A stretch of DNA of 64,000 nt from contig JBBQFN010000004.1 of assembly GCA_038321985.1 (NCBI GenBank), forward strand, positions 224,001 to 288,000, written 5' to 3'. A model generated the notes under the pieces. That model made no database searches and was not told the DNA's origin. It worked only from the letters and a program-made list of their open reading frames with translations. Both the position numbers and the translations under genes were made by a program. Below, one piece after another: positions 41,665 through 52,191 of this stretch (positions within the stretch are counted from its first letter, which is position 1; the number at the start of each line of letters is the position of its first letter). Source of the DNA: Cyanophyceae cyanobacterium. Its GTDB lineage: Bacteria; Cyanobacteriota; Cyanobacteriia; Cyanobacteriales; Laspinemataceae.

Positions 41665-44022
41665 TTAGAGTAAGAATCGTAACTGGCGATCGCTGCCATC
41701 ATCCATAAAGCGTTGTTCCCCTACCCCAATCACCTCAATTACAACTTCTCGGTTTGCCGGAGTCCAACTCCCTGATCGCGCAGAGATATTTAGCACGAGT
41801 TCTCGTTCAGACTGCTGTAAAGTATAGGTAGTAACCCCCCGACTTCCGCTTTCATAGTCAAAACTGTACCCATCATCTTCGTACAGCAAGAAGGTTTTAT
41901 GCAGTGTTTCCAAACCTGTCACCGGCCAGACTCGAACCGTGAGGCAGTCGAGGGGCTGTTCGTCAGTGTACTGCATCACCGGGCCCATGGGCACAACTGC
42001 CCCTGCGGGAACAAACATCGGCATCCGTTCCAAGGGTGCATCTACCAAAATATACCCGGGTCCTTGGTGTTGTTCTCCAGTCCACCAATCATACCAAACC
42101 CCCGAAGGGAAGTAAACTGCACGGCACTGGACGCCGGGACGATACACCGGGGCTGCCATTAAAGAAGCACCCAGCATCACCTGGTCCTGAATATGATAAG
42201 TTTGGGAATCGTTGGGGAAATTATACAGTAAAGGTCGTAAAATTGGTGCTCCTGTGGTTGCGGCTTCCCAGAATAAGCTATACAAATAAGGAAGCAACTG
42301 ATAGCGTAATTCGATGTATTCCCGACAAATTCGTTCGACGCGATCGCCAAATACCCACGGTTCGTGACGGGCGGTAGTGAAGGCTGAATGCGCCCGCATC
42401 AAGGGATAAAGCATTCCCACCTGCATCCAGCGGGCAAACAATTCGGCGGTCGCATTTCCCGCAAATCCGCCGATATCACAGCCGACGAAACCTACCCCCG
42501 ATAATCCCATGTTACATAGCATCGGGAGAGACATTTCCAAATGTTCCCATAAGGATTGATTGTCCCCCATCCACACTGAGGACCAGCGTTGAATTCCAGC
42601 AAACCCCGATCTCGTCAGCACAAACGATCGCTGATTCGGTCGGTGTCGCCGCAACCCTTGATAACAGGACTGCGCCATCATCTGACCATACAGATTATGC
42701 ACTTCTAAATGGGTGGCGCGGTCCTCCTGCGGTCCTTGCAACCCATCTAAGGGAAACCAAATTTTATGGCCGTTATCTCCAAAGGGACGGTCTTCGATCG
42801 CTGGTTCATTCATATCATTCCAAATCCCAGCAATCCCGATATCGGTGAGGGTTTTGTGCCAGTCTCCCCACCATTGTCTAACATCCGGATTCAGGAAATC
42901 GGGAAACACTGCTTTATCCGGCCAGACGTACCCGTGAAAGATTGACCCATCGGGGTTGCGAACAAAATAATCCCGAGTTCGGCCTTCGTCGAATACAGGG
43001 TAATCTCCCTCCGGTTCGTATTTCACCCCCGGATCGATAATTGTCACAGTTTTGAACCCATCCTGGCGTAAATCAGCAATCAGTTGAGCCGGGTCCGGGA
43101 AGCGTTTCGGACTCCAGGTAAAGACGCGATACCCGCGCATATAGTCGATATCCAGATGAATAACATCGCAGGGAATCCGGCGATCGCGAAAGGTTCGAGC
43201 CAACTCCCGCACTTCGGTTTCCGATTCATAACTCCAGCGGCATTGGTGATAGCCTAGCGCCCACTTGGGCGGCATCGGCATCCGCCCCGTAAGCTGTGTA
43301 TAAGTGGCGAGAATATTGGCCGGTTCGGGACCATAAATGATATAATAGTCTAGCTCACCGCCTCGGGTTTCCATACTCCAGACCCCGGGCTGGGATGCGC
43401 CTAAATCAAATTGACTCCAAAATGTGGTATTAAAAAAGATGCCATATCCAAGGCCAGGACGCAAGGCCATAAAAAAGGGAATGGCATGATACATTTCATC
43501 GGTGAGGATGTCATAATCCAGGGCATCAGTGGTCCAGTTGGTACAAACTTGCGATCGCTTGTCTAACAGTCCCGTGCGTTCCCCAAACCCGTAGAAATGT
43601 TCATCAGATTCGATTTGTTTCCAGTTGGCAACCCCACCTTGCCGCCAGCTTATTCCCGGTTCGATATCTTGGGCAAAGGGTTGGTTATTGGAGTCGAAAC
43701 AGCCCAGGCGACAGGGATTGTGAGCGATCGCTACGCGCATTTGACCGGTCGTTATTTCTGTCGAATCAGGATGGTGTTGCACCGTAAACTCCACCGGACG
43801 CCAGTCCTCTTCCTGAGTTACCGCCCACGATCTCGATGGTAGAAATGCACCAGTTTGGGACATTCTCACCCGGATCAGATTCGGAGCAAGTACGTTAATT
43901 ACCAGGGTTTGACTCCCACAATGGAAGTAAATGTCGCGATCCACTTCTTCCACTGATTGCACGGAGGAAAGAGGGGTCCAAGGCTGTTCTGTCGTGGGAA
44001 GTTTTCCAAAATATTGTGGCAT
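41665..44022 (-). CDS. Alpha-glucosidase, glycoside hydrolase family 31
   Basis: HLDIDYM, IWNDMNEP (nucleophile), WMGDN and GCDIGGF motifs. Confidence 0.93.
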   Translation of the reverse strand: MPQYFGKLPTTEQPWTPLSSVQSVEEVDRDIYFHCGSQTLVINVLAPNLIRVRMSQTGAFLPSRSWAVTQEEDWRPVEFTVQHHPDSTEITTGQMRVAIAHNPCRLGCFDSNNQPFAQDIEPGISWRQGGVANWKQIESDEHFYGFGERTGLLDKRSQVCTNWTTDALDYDILTDEMYHAIPFFMALRPGLGYGIFFNTTFWSQFDLGASQPGVWSMETRGGELDYYIIYGPEPANILATYTQLTGRMPMPPKWALGYHQCRWSYESETEVRELARTFRDRRIPCDVIHLDIDYMRGYRVFTWSPKRFPDPAQLIADLRQDGFKTVTIIDPGVKYEPEGDYPVFDEGRTRDYFVRNPDGSIFHGYVWPDKAVFPDFLNPDVRQWWGDWHKTLTDIGIAGIWNDMNEPAIEDRPFGDNGHKIWFPLDGLQGPQEDRATHLEVHNLYGQMMAQSCYQGLRRHRPNQRSFVLTRSGFAGIQRWSSVWMGDNQSLWEHLEMSLPMLCNMGLSGVGFVGCDIGGFAGNATAELFARWMQVGMLYPLMRAHSAFTTARHEPWVFGDRVERICREYIELRYQLLPYLYSLFWEAATTGAPILRPLLYNFPNDSQTYHIQDQVMLGASLMAAPVYRPGVQCRAVYFPSGVWYDWWTGEQHQGPGYILVDAPLERMPMFVPAGAVVPMGPVMQYTDEQPLDCLTVRVWPVTGLETLHKTFLLYEDDGYSFDYESGSRGVTTYTLQQSERELVLNISARSGSWTPANREVVIEVIGVGEQRFMDDGSDRQLRFLL

Positions 44023-44398
44023 ATTAATTCAAATTAGAATCCCAATAAATTATCACGCCCTAAGGCATCCTTCTATTCTAGGAAATTTTTTAAAGCCTGT
44101 TTTCCTAAACCCAGATCCGTTTAAACTTAGAAGTTTTTATCACCAAATGCCGAAAAATTTCACCGGGCTCAATGCCCAGTTTTGATTCTTTCTCCCTAGG
44201 ATACCTAATTGGATAGAGGGTAAAGTTACTCTATAGATAGAGGCGATTGGCCCAGTATTCTTCTTATTATAGAGCTGAATAACAGACGAAAGAGTATCTG
44301 GGCTGACCCCCCAAACTAGAAGGGGCCGATAAATATAATAAAGCGTGTCCTTGGTTCCATAAAGGGGTCATTCCGTAAAATAGTGAGGAAAGAAGATT

Positions 44399-45292
44399 AT
44401 GATTATTAACCGAATAAAAAGAAATGTTCGCAGCAGCGCCATCCTGTTGGGACTGTTTGCTCTCTTGTTACCCGCTTGTCAGCAAGAAAACCAAGCTTAT
44501 AATGATATCCCCGAGGAACCCGTTGTTACGGAGACCCGAGAGCCGGTGGTTACGGGACAAGAACCCCTGGCAACTGAGTCCCCAGCACCTGTAATGACGC
44601 CGAGATCTACGGCAATGGGGGGAGAACAGCAGTCTGTAACCGCTGAAGATATTGCCTCCAATGCCGAAAACTTTGTGGGTCAAACCGTGACCTTGCGGGG
44701 AGATGTGAAAGAAATTGGTACCTCTGCTACGACCTTTTTAATGGATGATGAGGGCTTTTTAACCGGAGAGGGAATTTTAGTTGTCAATTCCAGTGGCGAG
44801 CCCTTTGCCATTCCTAATGCCGATGAGATGCAGGTCCAAGTAACGGGAGAAGTGCGTCAATTCCGCCGGGAGGAGATCAATACCGCGTACGGATTTAACT
44901 TAGATCCAGAGTTATATAGCGAGTATGAGAATCAACCGGCGATCGTTGCGGAATCCCTGGCATTGTCTCCCACCCCGGAGCAAGTTTCTGAGAATCCCGA
45001 CCTCTTCTACAATCGCCCTATTGCGATCGAGGGCCAATTTAATGAGCAGTTAGCTCCTAATGCTTTTAGTTTCAATAATGACGAAATACTCGTGCTCAAC
45101 GCCGATGAACTGGAAATCCTCCCCGAAAATCAAGACCTTGTAGTCACGGGTGAAGTACGTCCCTTTGATTTGGCTGCCTTGCAAAGTGAGTATAATTTGA
45201 ACTGGGACGCCGAGTTGCAACAACGGATGCAAGATCAGTATAGCAACAGTCTAGTGTTAGTTGCTGATGGAATCTACGTCAACGCCGAATAA
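44399..45292 (+). CDS. Acidic lipoprotein with two internal repeats
   Basis: LLPAC lipobox; duplicated unit (...G..V...G.....F....ILV.N...VTGEVR.F...Y......A). Confidence 0.8.
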   Translation: MIINRIKRNVRSSAILLGLFALLLPACQQENQAYNDIPEEPVVTETREPVVTGQEPLATESPAPVMTPRSTAMGGEQQSVTAEDIASNAENFVGQTVTLRGDVKEIGTSATTFLMDDEGFLTGEGILVVNSSGEPFAIPNADEMQVQVTGEVRQFRREEINTAYGFNLDPELYSEYENQPAIVAESLALSPTPEQVSENPDLFYNRPIAIEGQFNEQLAPNAFSFNNDEILVLNADELEILPENQDLVVTGEVRPFDLAALQSEYNLNWDAELQQRMQDQYSNSLVLVADGIYVNAE

Positions 45293-45354
45293 GGCATCCC
45301 TTGGGGGAACTCCCTGTCAATCCTAAACCCGCTGGGTGCGCTCAACTTACGTCA

Positions 45355-45396
45355 ATAAATAGACCTCTTGCATAAGTATGCAAGAGGTCTATTTAT
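45355..45396. repeat. Palindrome with perfect 20-bp arms (collapsed MITE-like ends)
   Basis: ATAAATAGACCTCTTGCATA-AG-TATGCAAGAGGTCTATTTAT. Confidence 0.8.
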
Positions 45397-45895
45397 ACGA
45401 TACAGCGACCCTTACAAGTCCGTTGGAAGAGCTTGCTCCCTAATGCGCCATGAGAGCAAGATCCTCCAGCGGATTAATTTGAGAGTTAGAAGAATTTACA
45501 GGCCCTATACTATAGGTATTTTCAATCCTTATACCTCTTGCTTTCAGGCGATGATCGATCCCCCAACCCCCCTTTTCAACGCCGATCAACTGGAGAGAAT
45601 TCTGCAATTCGTTTATTATTACTCCCTCAAAACCCCCCTTAATAAGTGGCATCGTTTCCAGGACAGGGTTACCTTACATCAGACAACTCTAACCAGATGG
45701 GGAGCTTAAGATATTTAGGCAAGAGGGTTATTATCTAAATAAATATGCCACTCTTTCTTAATAGGTTAAGCTAAATTTAGCCTAACTCTGGAGATAGATC
45801 TAGGAAATTTACGGATTAAGCCAATGGAGAGAACGCAGAACCCGTGTGATCGCTTAGAGTAAATATACACTTTAAATCCCTAAGAGATTGACCCC

Positions 45896-46639
45896 ATGCT
45901 TGAAGAAAAAGGACTGCACGATCGCGCCATTAATGCGGCGGCAAAACTAGCTATTTCTAGTCAATTAAATGAGTTTCAAGAACTTGATGTTTTGGTTCAT
46001 TCTGACCCGGGAAAATTGATGACAGGTGAATTAGAATCTGTGCAAATTTCAGGGGAAGGTATAGTGATGAAACAAGAGTTACGGATGGAAAAACTGGATA
46101 TAAAAACCAGCAAAATATCCGTCAATCCTCTCTTAGCAGCCATCGGAAATATTCAATTACAAGAAACTGCTCAAGCTCAGGTTTCCGTGGTTTTAAATGA
46201 ACAGGATATTAACGGGGCTTTTGATTCAGCTTATATTCAAGAAAAACTAGATAGCTTCGCTATTAAAGTTGATGGACAATCCCTTACGGTAGAAGCTCAA
46301 AAGGTCAATTTTAGCCTTCCTGGGGAGGGTAAGGTTCAACTGAATGTAGAAGTATTATTACGAGAAACTGGAGAAATTCGCCAAGTTCAATTTACGGCTA
46401 TCCCCGAAGTCCAAGGGGATGGAACCGGGGTACGTTTAGAGCAAGTTGAGTACCTGGATGGGAATGAACTTTCCCCAGAAATGACAGCAGCCTTGTTAGA
46501 AAAAGCAGAATTTCTACTTAATATTTCTAATTTTGAGCTATCCTCGGGAATGTCGGTTCGTTTGCGAGGATTAAAGGTGGACGTGGGCCAAATTTATTTA
46601 GATGCTCAAGCTATTATTGAGGAAATTCCTAGGGCTTAA
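45896..46639 (+). CDS. DUF2993 (LmeA-like) protein
   Basis: DPGKLMTGELESV.I.G.G.VM..ELR and LNEQDIN.AF.S pattern recalled for DUF2993. Confidence 0.75.
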   Translation: MLEEKGLHDRAINAAAKLAISSQLNEFQELDVLVHSDPGKLMTGELESVQISGEGIVMKQELRMEKLDIKTSKISVNPLLAAIGNIQLQETAQAQVSVVLNEQDINGAFDSAYIQEKLDSFAIKVDGQSLTVEAQKVNFSLPGEGKVQLNVEVLLRETGEIRQVQFTAIPEVQGDGTGVRLEQVEYLDGNELSPEMTAALLEKAEFLLNISNFELSSGMSVRLRGLKVDVGQIYLDAQAIIEEIPRA

Positions 46640-46688
46640 AATAATTTTTGATAACCGAGAAGTTGGGGGAGCCTATCGCTTTAGTGAT

Positions 46689-46722
46689 GACGAGTAGGGA
46701 ACCTCATGTCTCCCTACTCGTC
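46689..46722. terminator. Hairpin between convergent genes
   Basis: GACGAGTAGGGA ... TCCCTACTCGTC. Confidence 0.65.
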
Positions 46723-46762
46723 CATTTTAGGGTCGGAATTGATTTAGCTGAACCGATAGAAA

Positions 46763-48997
46763 TTACGGCATTTGAATTGGAATCAACTGTTCTTCCGTTA
46801 CCCCTTCTTGGAATCGGCCTCCGTTAGATAAGACCATCATTAAATGTAAAGTCCAATCCGGATCCATCGGTAAATCTGCCCAGGGAATGGCAATTTCTAG
46901 GCATTTATCTAAGGCCACTAAAGCACGACCTTTCCGGGGATGCCACTGATGATGATCTCTTGCTTCCTGGAACCGAACCGACTGACTCACCAAGTTGATG
47001 GCGAGATGGTGATGGAATAGGTAGTTAAAAGGTTCGCGGTCCGGGGGTTGTGCGAGGGGCATCGGACTGATATTCATCGGATGACCGGGGTAGTACCAGA
47101 ATAAGTTCAGTTCCGGTGGGCAATCTTTGCCGATTTCTGTCCCGCTTTTAAAATCAATTCGCAGATAAAAATGCAGGTGATCCACGCCATACCAGACGCG
47201 TTGAATCGCGCTGCTACGGTGCATAGTCCCCCTTGCACCGCCGATTTCGAGGCGTCCGGCTTTGTCCCAGTCTTGTTCATCTGGGATGCCATCAATAATC
47301 GGATGGATGAAGCTTTGCGGACGCCGATCGCCCTCTCGTTCGTGGTTTTCCACGGGACGTAATACATCCTCGGGAACTGGCTCATTTAAGGCTTGATAGA
47401 TTGCGGCTATATGTTCTCGGAACAACTGATCGAACATGGCATCTTGATTAGAGGAATGACCTTCTCCAAACCACCAGAACCAGTCAGAACCCTCGGCAGC
47501 ATACAAGGCTTCCCACGCCTCCGGGTTGCTTTCTTCCGTGGCTTCAGGATGTTGTGCCAGCATTTGCCGTGCCGGTTCTAACAAATCCCAGGCTTTATTT
47601 TTGGCCGGATCTCCGATCCAGGTAGTGAGACTACCATCCACCCAAGATCCACTATGGAGATGATCACTGGGTAGGGTAACAGTGGGAGGGAACTTCTGAA
47701 TAAACTCCGCCACGGTGACTAACTCAATTTCGCCATGATGACTGAGTTTTTCGTAGAGGGAATTTAAGAACGGTTCGCCATCGCGGTTATAAAATTCCCA
47801 GCAGTTTTCCCCATCGAGGGCGATCGTCACTAACCAGGGCTGTTCTAACCCGCTTTCGGGGCCTTGTGCTTGTCGGTGTTTCAGGGAATGACCGATCGCC
47901 TCTAAATGACCGACCAAATCCGCTGCCGCCTTCCAGGGTTCCATCGCACTATAGGTAAAGCCAATCAAATCTGATAAACGGTGATCCCGGAATACAATCG
48001 ATAAATCGCCTTGAGGTGTTTCTAAACGATAGGGACGATACAAATATTCCGGTTCAAAGAGATTCCCCGCACCATCGCGATGGAAAAAGTGCTGTAACGT
48101 CCATCCTAATATGGCTTCGTCGGAACAAATCCATTTAAACCCTTGTTCGGCAATATAGGGTAAAATCTCGGGACTGACGGCCTGTTCTGACGGCCATAAC
48201 CCGCGAGGATTCTGACCAAACCGCTCTTGATACAGGGTCCAGGCTTTGCTCAGGTGGCGGGGAATATCTTCTGACCACTGGAAGCGATGCTGGGGTAATT
48301 CCATATTCGGAATCGCGACCCGACCGGCATTGGTATCGGCAAGTAAGGGTAAAATCGGGTGGGTATAGGGAGAGGTAATCACCTCCAATTGACCCGATTC
48401 TTGCATCTGACGGTGTTGGGGGATAATTCGACTAATAATTTCGCGCTGCTTGGAATAGATGCGCTGGCGATCGCTGAGGGTGAAATTCCGGCCTCGTTTC
48501 AACCATCCTTCAATATCGGGGTCATCCCAAAAGATGGGGTCGATCCAAGCGAGATTGTGCCATGCCAACAAATCCCCATACTCTCCGTCGCCCCAATTTT
48601 CCAAGCACCATCTATATCCCTTTTCCTGACGTTGACTGTACAATTCAGCGTAACGAGGATGGGGATCGATTAAGGTGCGATGGTTGCCATCAAAAAAATG
48701 CTCGACAATAAAATGCTTCTGTTCCAGGCTGAGCTGGTTTTCTGGAGTCAGCGCTGCGGTTAAGTAAGGATCAAACGCTGTTCCCTCGATATAGTCTTCA
48801 AGCTGTAAAATCAAGGACGGCACTAAGTTTACCGTTTGGCGGAGCTTAGGATACCGATTCAAGATCAGCACTAAATCTAAATAATCTTTCGTCCCGTGTA
48901 GACGTACCCAAGGCAGTCGATATTGCCCCCCAATTCGGCTTTTATAGAGGGGCTGATGCTGATGCCAAATAAAGGCAACATAGAGCGGGTGAGGCAT
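46763..48997 (-). CDS. Glycoside hydrolase family 57 (amylopullulanase-like)
   Basis: WHQHQP, HPILPL, WPSE, DGENCWE and AEGSDWFWW conserved regions. Start moved to ATG 48997. Confidence 0.92.
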   Translation of the reverse strand: MPHPLYVAFIWHQHQPLYKSRIGGQYRLPWVRLHGTKDYLDLVLILNRYPKLRQTVNLVPSLILQLEDYIEGTAFDPYLTAALTPENQLSLEQKHFIVEHFFDGNHRTLIDPHPRYAELYSQRQEKGYRWCLENWGDGEYGDLLAWHNLAWIDPIFWDDPDIEGWLKRGRNFTLSDRQRIYSKQREIISRIIPQHRQMQESGQLEVITSPYTHPILPLLADTNAGRVAIPNMELPQHRFQWSEDIPRHLSKAWTLYQERFGQNPRGLWPSEQAVSPEILPYIAEQGFKWICSDEAILGWTLQHFFHRDGAGNLFEPEYLYRPYRLETPQGDLSIVFRDHRLSDLIGFTYSAMEPWKAAADLVGHLEAIGHSLKHRQAQGPESGLEQPWLVTIALDGENCWEFYNRDGEPFLNSLYEKLSHHGEIELVTVAEFIQKFPPTVTLPSDHLHSGSWVDGSLTTWIGDPAKNKAWDLLEPARQMLAQHPEATEESNPEAWEALYAAEGSDWFWWFGEGHSSNQDAMFDQLFREHIAAIYQALNEPVPEDVLRPVENHEREGDRRPQSFIHPIIDGIPDEQDWDKAGRLEIGGARGTMHRSSAIQRVWYGVDHLHFYLRIDFKSGTEIGKDCPPELNLFWYYPGHPMNISPMPLAQPPDREPFNYLFHHHLAINLVSQSVRFQEARDHHQWHPRKGRALVALDKCLEIAIPWADLPMDPDWTLHLMMVLSNGGRFQEGVTEEQLIPIQMP

Positions 48998-49123
48998 AGT
49001 AGGAATAAGTGACGAGTACAGGATATGGCGATCGCCAGTTAGAGTTGAGTGGTTCATCGCGCAGACCGCTCGCTTACCACAAACACTCGGACACCGACCG
49101 GCGATCGTCAATTCCTTTTGAAC

Positions 49124-49366
49124 TTACAGCACTTGTTCCACTTCAGCAATCTCAGGGATGGATTCGCGCAATTTGCGTTCGATCCCCATTCTTAGGGTCA
49201 TGGCGGAACTCGGGCAGGATCCACAAGCTCCTTGAAGCCGAAGTTTGACAATGGGTCCCTCAAGTTCTACTAACTCAACATTTCCTCCATCCGCCATCAG
49301 GTAGGGTCGCAGTTCATCTAATACAGTTTCGACATTTTCCGAAGTCAGTGCCAATGGTCCAGACAT
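49124..49366 (-). CDS. nfuA: NifU-like (Nfu) Fe-S scaffold
   Basis: [13 protein letters not shown]...GACGSCPSS. Confidence 0.92.
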   Translation of the reverse strand: MSGPLALTSENVETVLDELRPYLMADGGNVELVELEGPIVKLRLQGACGSCPSSAMTLRMGIERKLRESIPEIAEVEQVL

Positions 49367-49445
49367 AATTCTCTTGGTTTTAATCTTAGGGTGCTGTCCA
49401 AATTTTAGCCGATCGCCTCCGGAAAGCGGGGGAACCGTGGATTTG

Positions 49446-49473
49446 AACCACAGATTTCACAGATTTTCACGGA
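49446..49473. repeat. 28-nt dispersed repeat (copy 1)
   Basis: AACCACAGATTTCACAGATTTTCACGGA; 27/28 identical to 60878-60905. Confidence 0.8.
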
Positions 49474-49536
49474 GTCTGGATGTTAACCATGGGGGCCGGG
49501 GAGGGGTGCAATCCCAGACCCCGGAGTTTTTGGGCT

Positions 49537-50187
49537 TTAAACCGTTGCCGGTTCTAAGAGTTTAATGCTGGAAAATTTAAACTCCGTGGTGGTTGCCTTA
49601 TCATTTTCCTTGGAGTGGATGACTTGATGGGTCATCAGGTAATAGTCTCCAAATTTCTCGTAGGTATCCTCAAAGTCCAGTTCCCGTGTTAACTCGTTAC
49701 TTTGAGCATTGCGGAATACGACATGATAGCGGGTGGCAACGTATCCGTCCCCAGTATCCAGGCTTTCGGCGGTATCAATGGTAAAAGCCATGCGGCCCAT
49801 TACCCGACTGACTTGGCAAATTTCAGTCCCTCGGATTTTGTAGTTAGACCCCATCGCATCTCCTTTGACGAGGATTTCTATGGCGTCGGTTTCGTCAGAT
49901 TCTCCCGCGCTAAAGCTATTTTTGCCGTGAGCATCCTCAAAGCTGCTGCGCTTGCGGTGAGTGACGATATCCCGTAATTGGGTATAAACGCTTTGTTGCA
50001 CCTCATCGTTGTCAATTCCGCTAACTTCTACACTCAGGTCGCCCTTAATATGAATCTGGCCGGTATAGGTTTCTTCTGCCTGTTTGACTTGGAGTTCGGC
50101 ATGATACCCGGGGAAGTGGGAGTCCCAGGTGTAACGGTTTTCGTAGGCGGCCCGAAATAAATCACGCGGATTTGCTTGTTCTGTCAT
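49537..50187 (-). CDS. DUF3386 family protein
   Basis: LFRAAYENRYTWD..FPGY N-terminus recalled for DUF3386. Confidence 0.8.
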   Translation of the reverse strand: MTEQANPRDLFRAAYENRYTWDSHFPGYHAELQVKQAEETYTGQIHIKGDLSVEVSGIDNDEVQQSVYTQLRDIVTHRKRSSFEDAHGKNSFSAGESDETDAIEILVKGDAMGSNYKIRGTEICQVSRVMGRMAFTIDTAESLDTGDGYVATRYHVVFRNAQSNELTRELDFEDTYEKFGDYYLMTHQVIHSKENDKATTTEFKFSSIKLLEPATV

Positions 50188-50309
50188 GTTTGCCCTTAGT
50201 TTTTCAATGTTGACCTACTTTTAGGGTACAAGCTGTCTGGGTTCCTTGTGGAATCAAAGCCTTCTCAAGTCAATCGTCAGGCCAAAAGATGAATTGCCGC
50301 TACAAGAGT

Positions 50310-51689
50310 TTAGTCCCCAGATTGGCGTAATCCTCGCTCTTCCCCTACCGGAGTGAAATTGAGGTCTAGGGGTGGGATTATCTCCCCAGAGGATTTAGAA
50401 CTTAAGGAGGCAACCGCTAGGGGCACATTCACACTCACCATTGAACCGAGTCCTTCCCCCATACTATAAAAGTGAATCTCACCGCCCATTCCTTCTATAA
50501 TTTTTTTGGAAAGCGCTAGACCGAGGCCTGTACCGGGGTACGGTGTAGTATAGGCTTCATGAACTCTAAAAAAGGGTTCAAAGAGTCGCCCTTGATATTC
50601 TAGGGGAACTCCAATGCCCGTATCGGAAATGCGAATTTCTACCGAACTGGGACTGTCTTCCCCTGGGTTAGTCACTTTGTGAGCGACTGCTTCGGCCTCA
50701 ATGGTAATGCCACCTTTGTTAGTAAATTTAATCGCATTTCCCACCAGATTCAACATCACTTGCAGCAACTGTTTGTCATTTCCTTGTAAAAAAAGAGTCC
50801 GTGAATTAGATGGTTGAGTCATTTTAAAGGTTAACTGCTTGGCTTGAATCTGATTAAAGGCGCAGCGCTCGATATTTTTTAAAAGAGTATGTAAATTAAC
50901 GGGTCTGAAATTGAGTTCAATCAGGGGAATGGTTTTGGGCTTGTTGAAATCCAAAACGTCATTAATCATGTGGAGGAAGTGGAGAGCACTATGGTGAGCT
51001 TCATAAATAAATTCCCGTTGTTCTTCTGTATCATCAACCATATCATCGAGAATCAGTTGCAAAAATCCGATGATATGGTTGAGGGGAGTTCGGAATTCGT
51101 GAGAAATTTTGCCCAGAAAGTCATGTTTGAGGCGGGCGGCTTCTTGGGCTTGTTTTCGTGCTTCTTGAAGTTCTTGATAGAAGGTAGCCGAGGCGATCGC
51201 GCTTCCAGCTTGCTTGGCTACTTCTTGGACTAATTCAATTTCTGCCGGACTCCACTGGAACGAACAAGTCTCTCGACGAACCCTGGATTCACGAAACTGC
51301 TGATCCAAAACGATCGCCCCATTGGGTTGATCTTCATAAGCAGTTGGAACGATTAAGGTAGAGTAGCGTTCCCCATTTCCCGAGGGTAGAGTTCCATCAA
51401 CGAGGACGGGTTCAAGGGTGGCGATCGCCCTCCCAATTTCTGGACATTCCTCTAGTCTGATTTCCAAACTCAACCTCGAGGGTAATCCCGGTTGCTGATA
51501 CTCACCGACAACTTTTAAAGGTCGAGTTTCGTCCTGATAAGAATAAAAGATACAACGGCTCACCGCGAGTCCGCTACCCAAATCTCGGGCTGTTTGCTGC
51601 CAAATTTGCTCCCGATTTGACGTGCGATGGATACTTTTAGTAATTTGCAGCAGTAGCTGTTGCGCTTTCTTTGATTCTTTCTCAGACAT
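50310..51689 (-). CDS. GAF sensor histidine kinase (paralogue of 52192-54024)
   Basis: GAF domain, SHEFRTPL H-box, NLVGNAIKFT, DTGIG and GTGLGL. Confidence 0.92.
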   Translation of the reverse strand: MSEKESKKAQQLLLQITKSIHRTSNREQIWQQTARDLGSGLAVSRCIFYSYQDETRPLKVVGEYQQPGLPSRLSLEIRLEECPEIGRAIATLEPVLVDGTLPSGNGERYSTLIVPTAYEDQPNGAIVLDQQFRESRVRRETCSFQWSPAEIELVQEVAKQAGSAIASATFYQELQEARKQAQEAARLKHDFLGKISHEFRTPLNHIIGFLQLILDDMVDDTEEQREFIYEAHHSALHFLHMINDVLDFNKPKTIPLIELNFRPVNLHTLLKNIERCAFNQIQAKQLTFKMTQPSNSRTLFLQGNDKQLLQVMLNLVGNAIKFTNKGGITIEAEAVAHKVTNPGEDSPSSVEIRISDTGIGVPLEYQGRLFEPFFRVHEAYTTPYPGTGLGLALSKKIIEGMGGEIHFYSMGEGLGSMVSVNVPLAVASLSSKSSGEIIPPLDLNFTPVGEERGLRQSGD

Positions 51690-51832
51690 TGCACCCCTCC
51701 CTCAATCCGGCTCGACGCGCCGAAGGTTATATCATATTTCTGTTTTTTATTAAAACTATTTAGTATTGAGGTTAAACTCTTGGATTGGATTGTTCAGCCA
51801 ACCTCAAAAGAAAAAAGCACCGGAGAGTCATC

Positions 51833-51874
51833 ACCCTAGCTGACTACCCGAAAGTGTTATGTATCCTCGGATAC
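51833..51874 (-). promoter_or_regulatory. Putative NtcA-activated promoter of the 459-aa kinase
   Basis: GTA-TCCTCGGA-TAC (51861-51874), a 22-nt spacer, then TAGGGT on the minus strand (51838-51833). Confidence 0.65.
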
Positions 51875-52191
51875 GGGCAATTGTTGCACGATCGCTGTCT
51901 CCTTGACCAGTGTTTTGAGGGATCTTTATAAAATCTTTAGGAACGATAATTTAATAATTACCTTCTGTCAACCGAATAATTACGGAATTAGGTAGGTTTG
52001 AGGAGACTAGCCCCAAGAACGATCATGTAAAGCTATCGTGAAGCCCTCACCCTCGTTCCTGTATCTATCTGTGATCCCGCGCTCTCGAAATTAGTTCGTT
52101 GACCCAGGTAATTTTTAATCCAAAACCGCACCCATTACCCCCCTGATTTAGATTTGCCCTGACCTTTTAATTCCAAAATTAACGCCTTAAA

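Noticed and set aside
45368..45709. Overlapping 113-aa and 70-aa ORFs in the spacer
   Set aside because: They run through palindromes and repeat remnants, with no recognisable motif; likely spurious.
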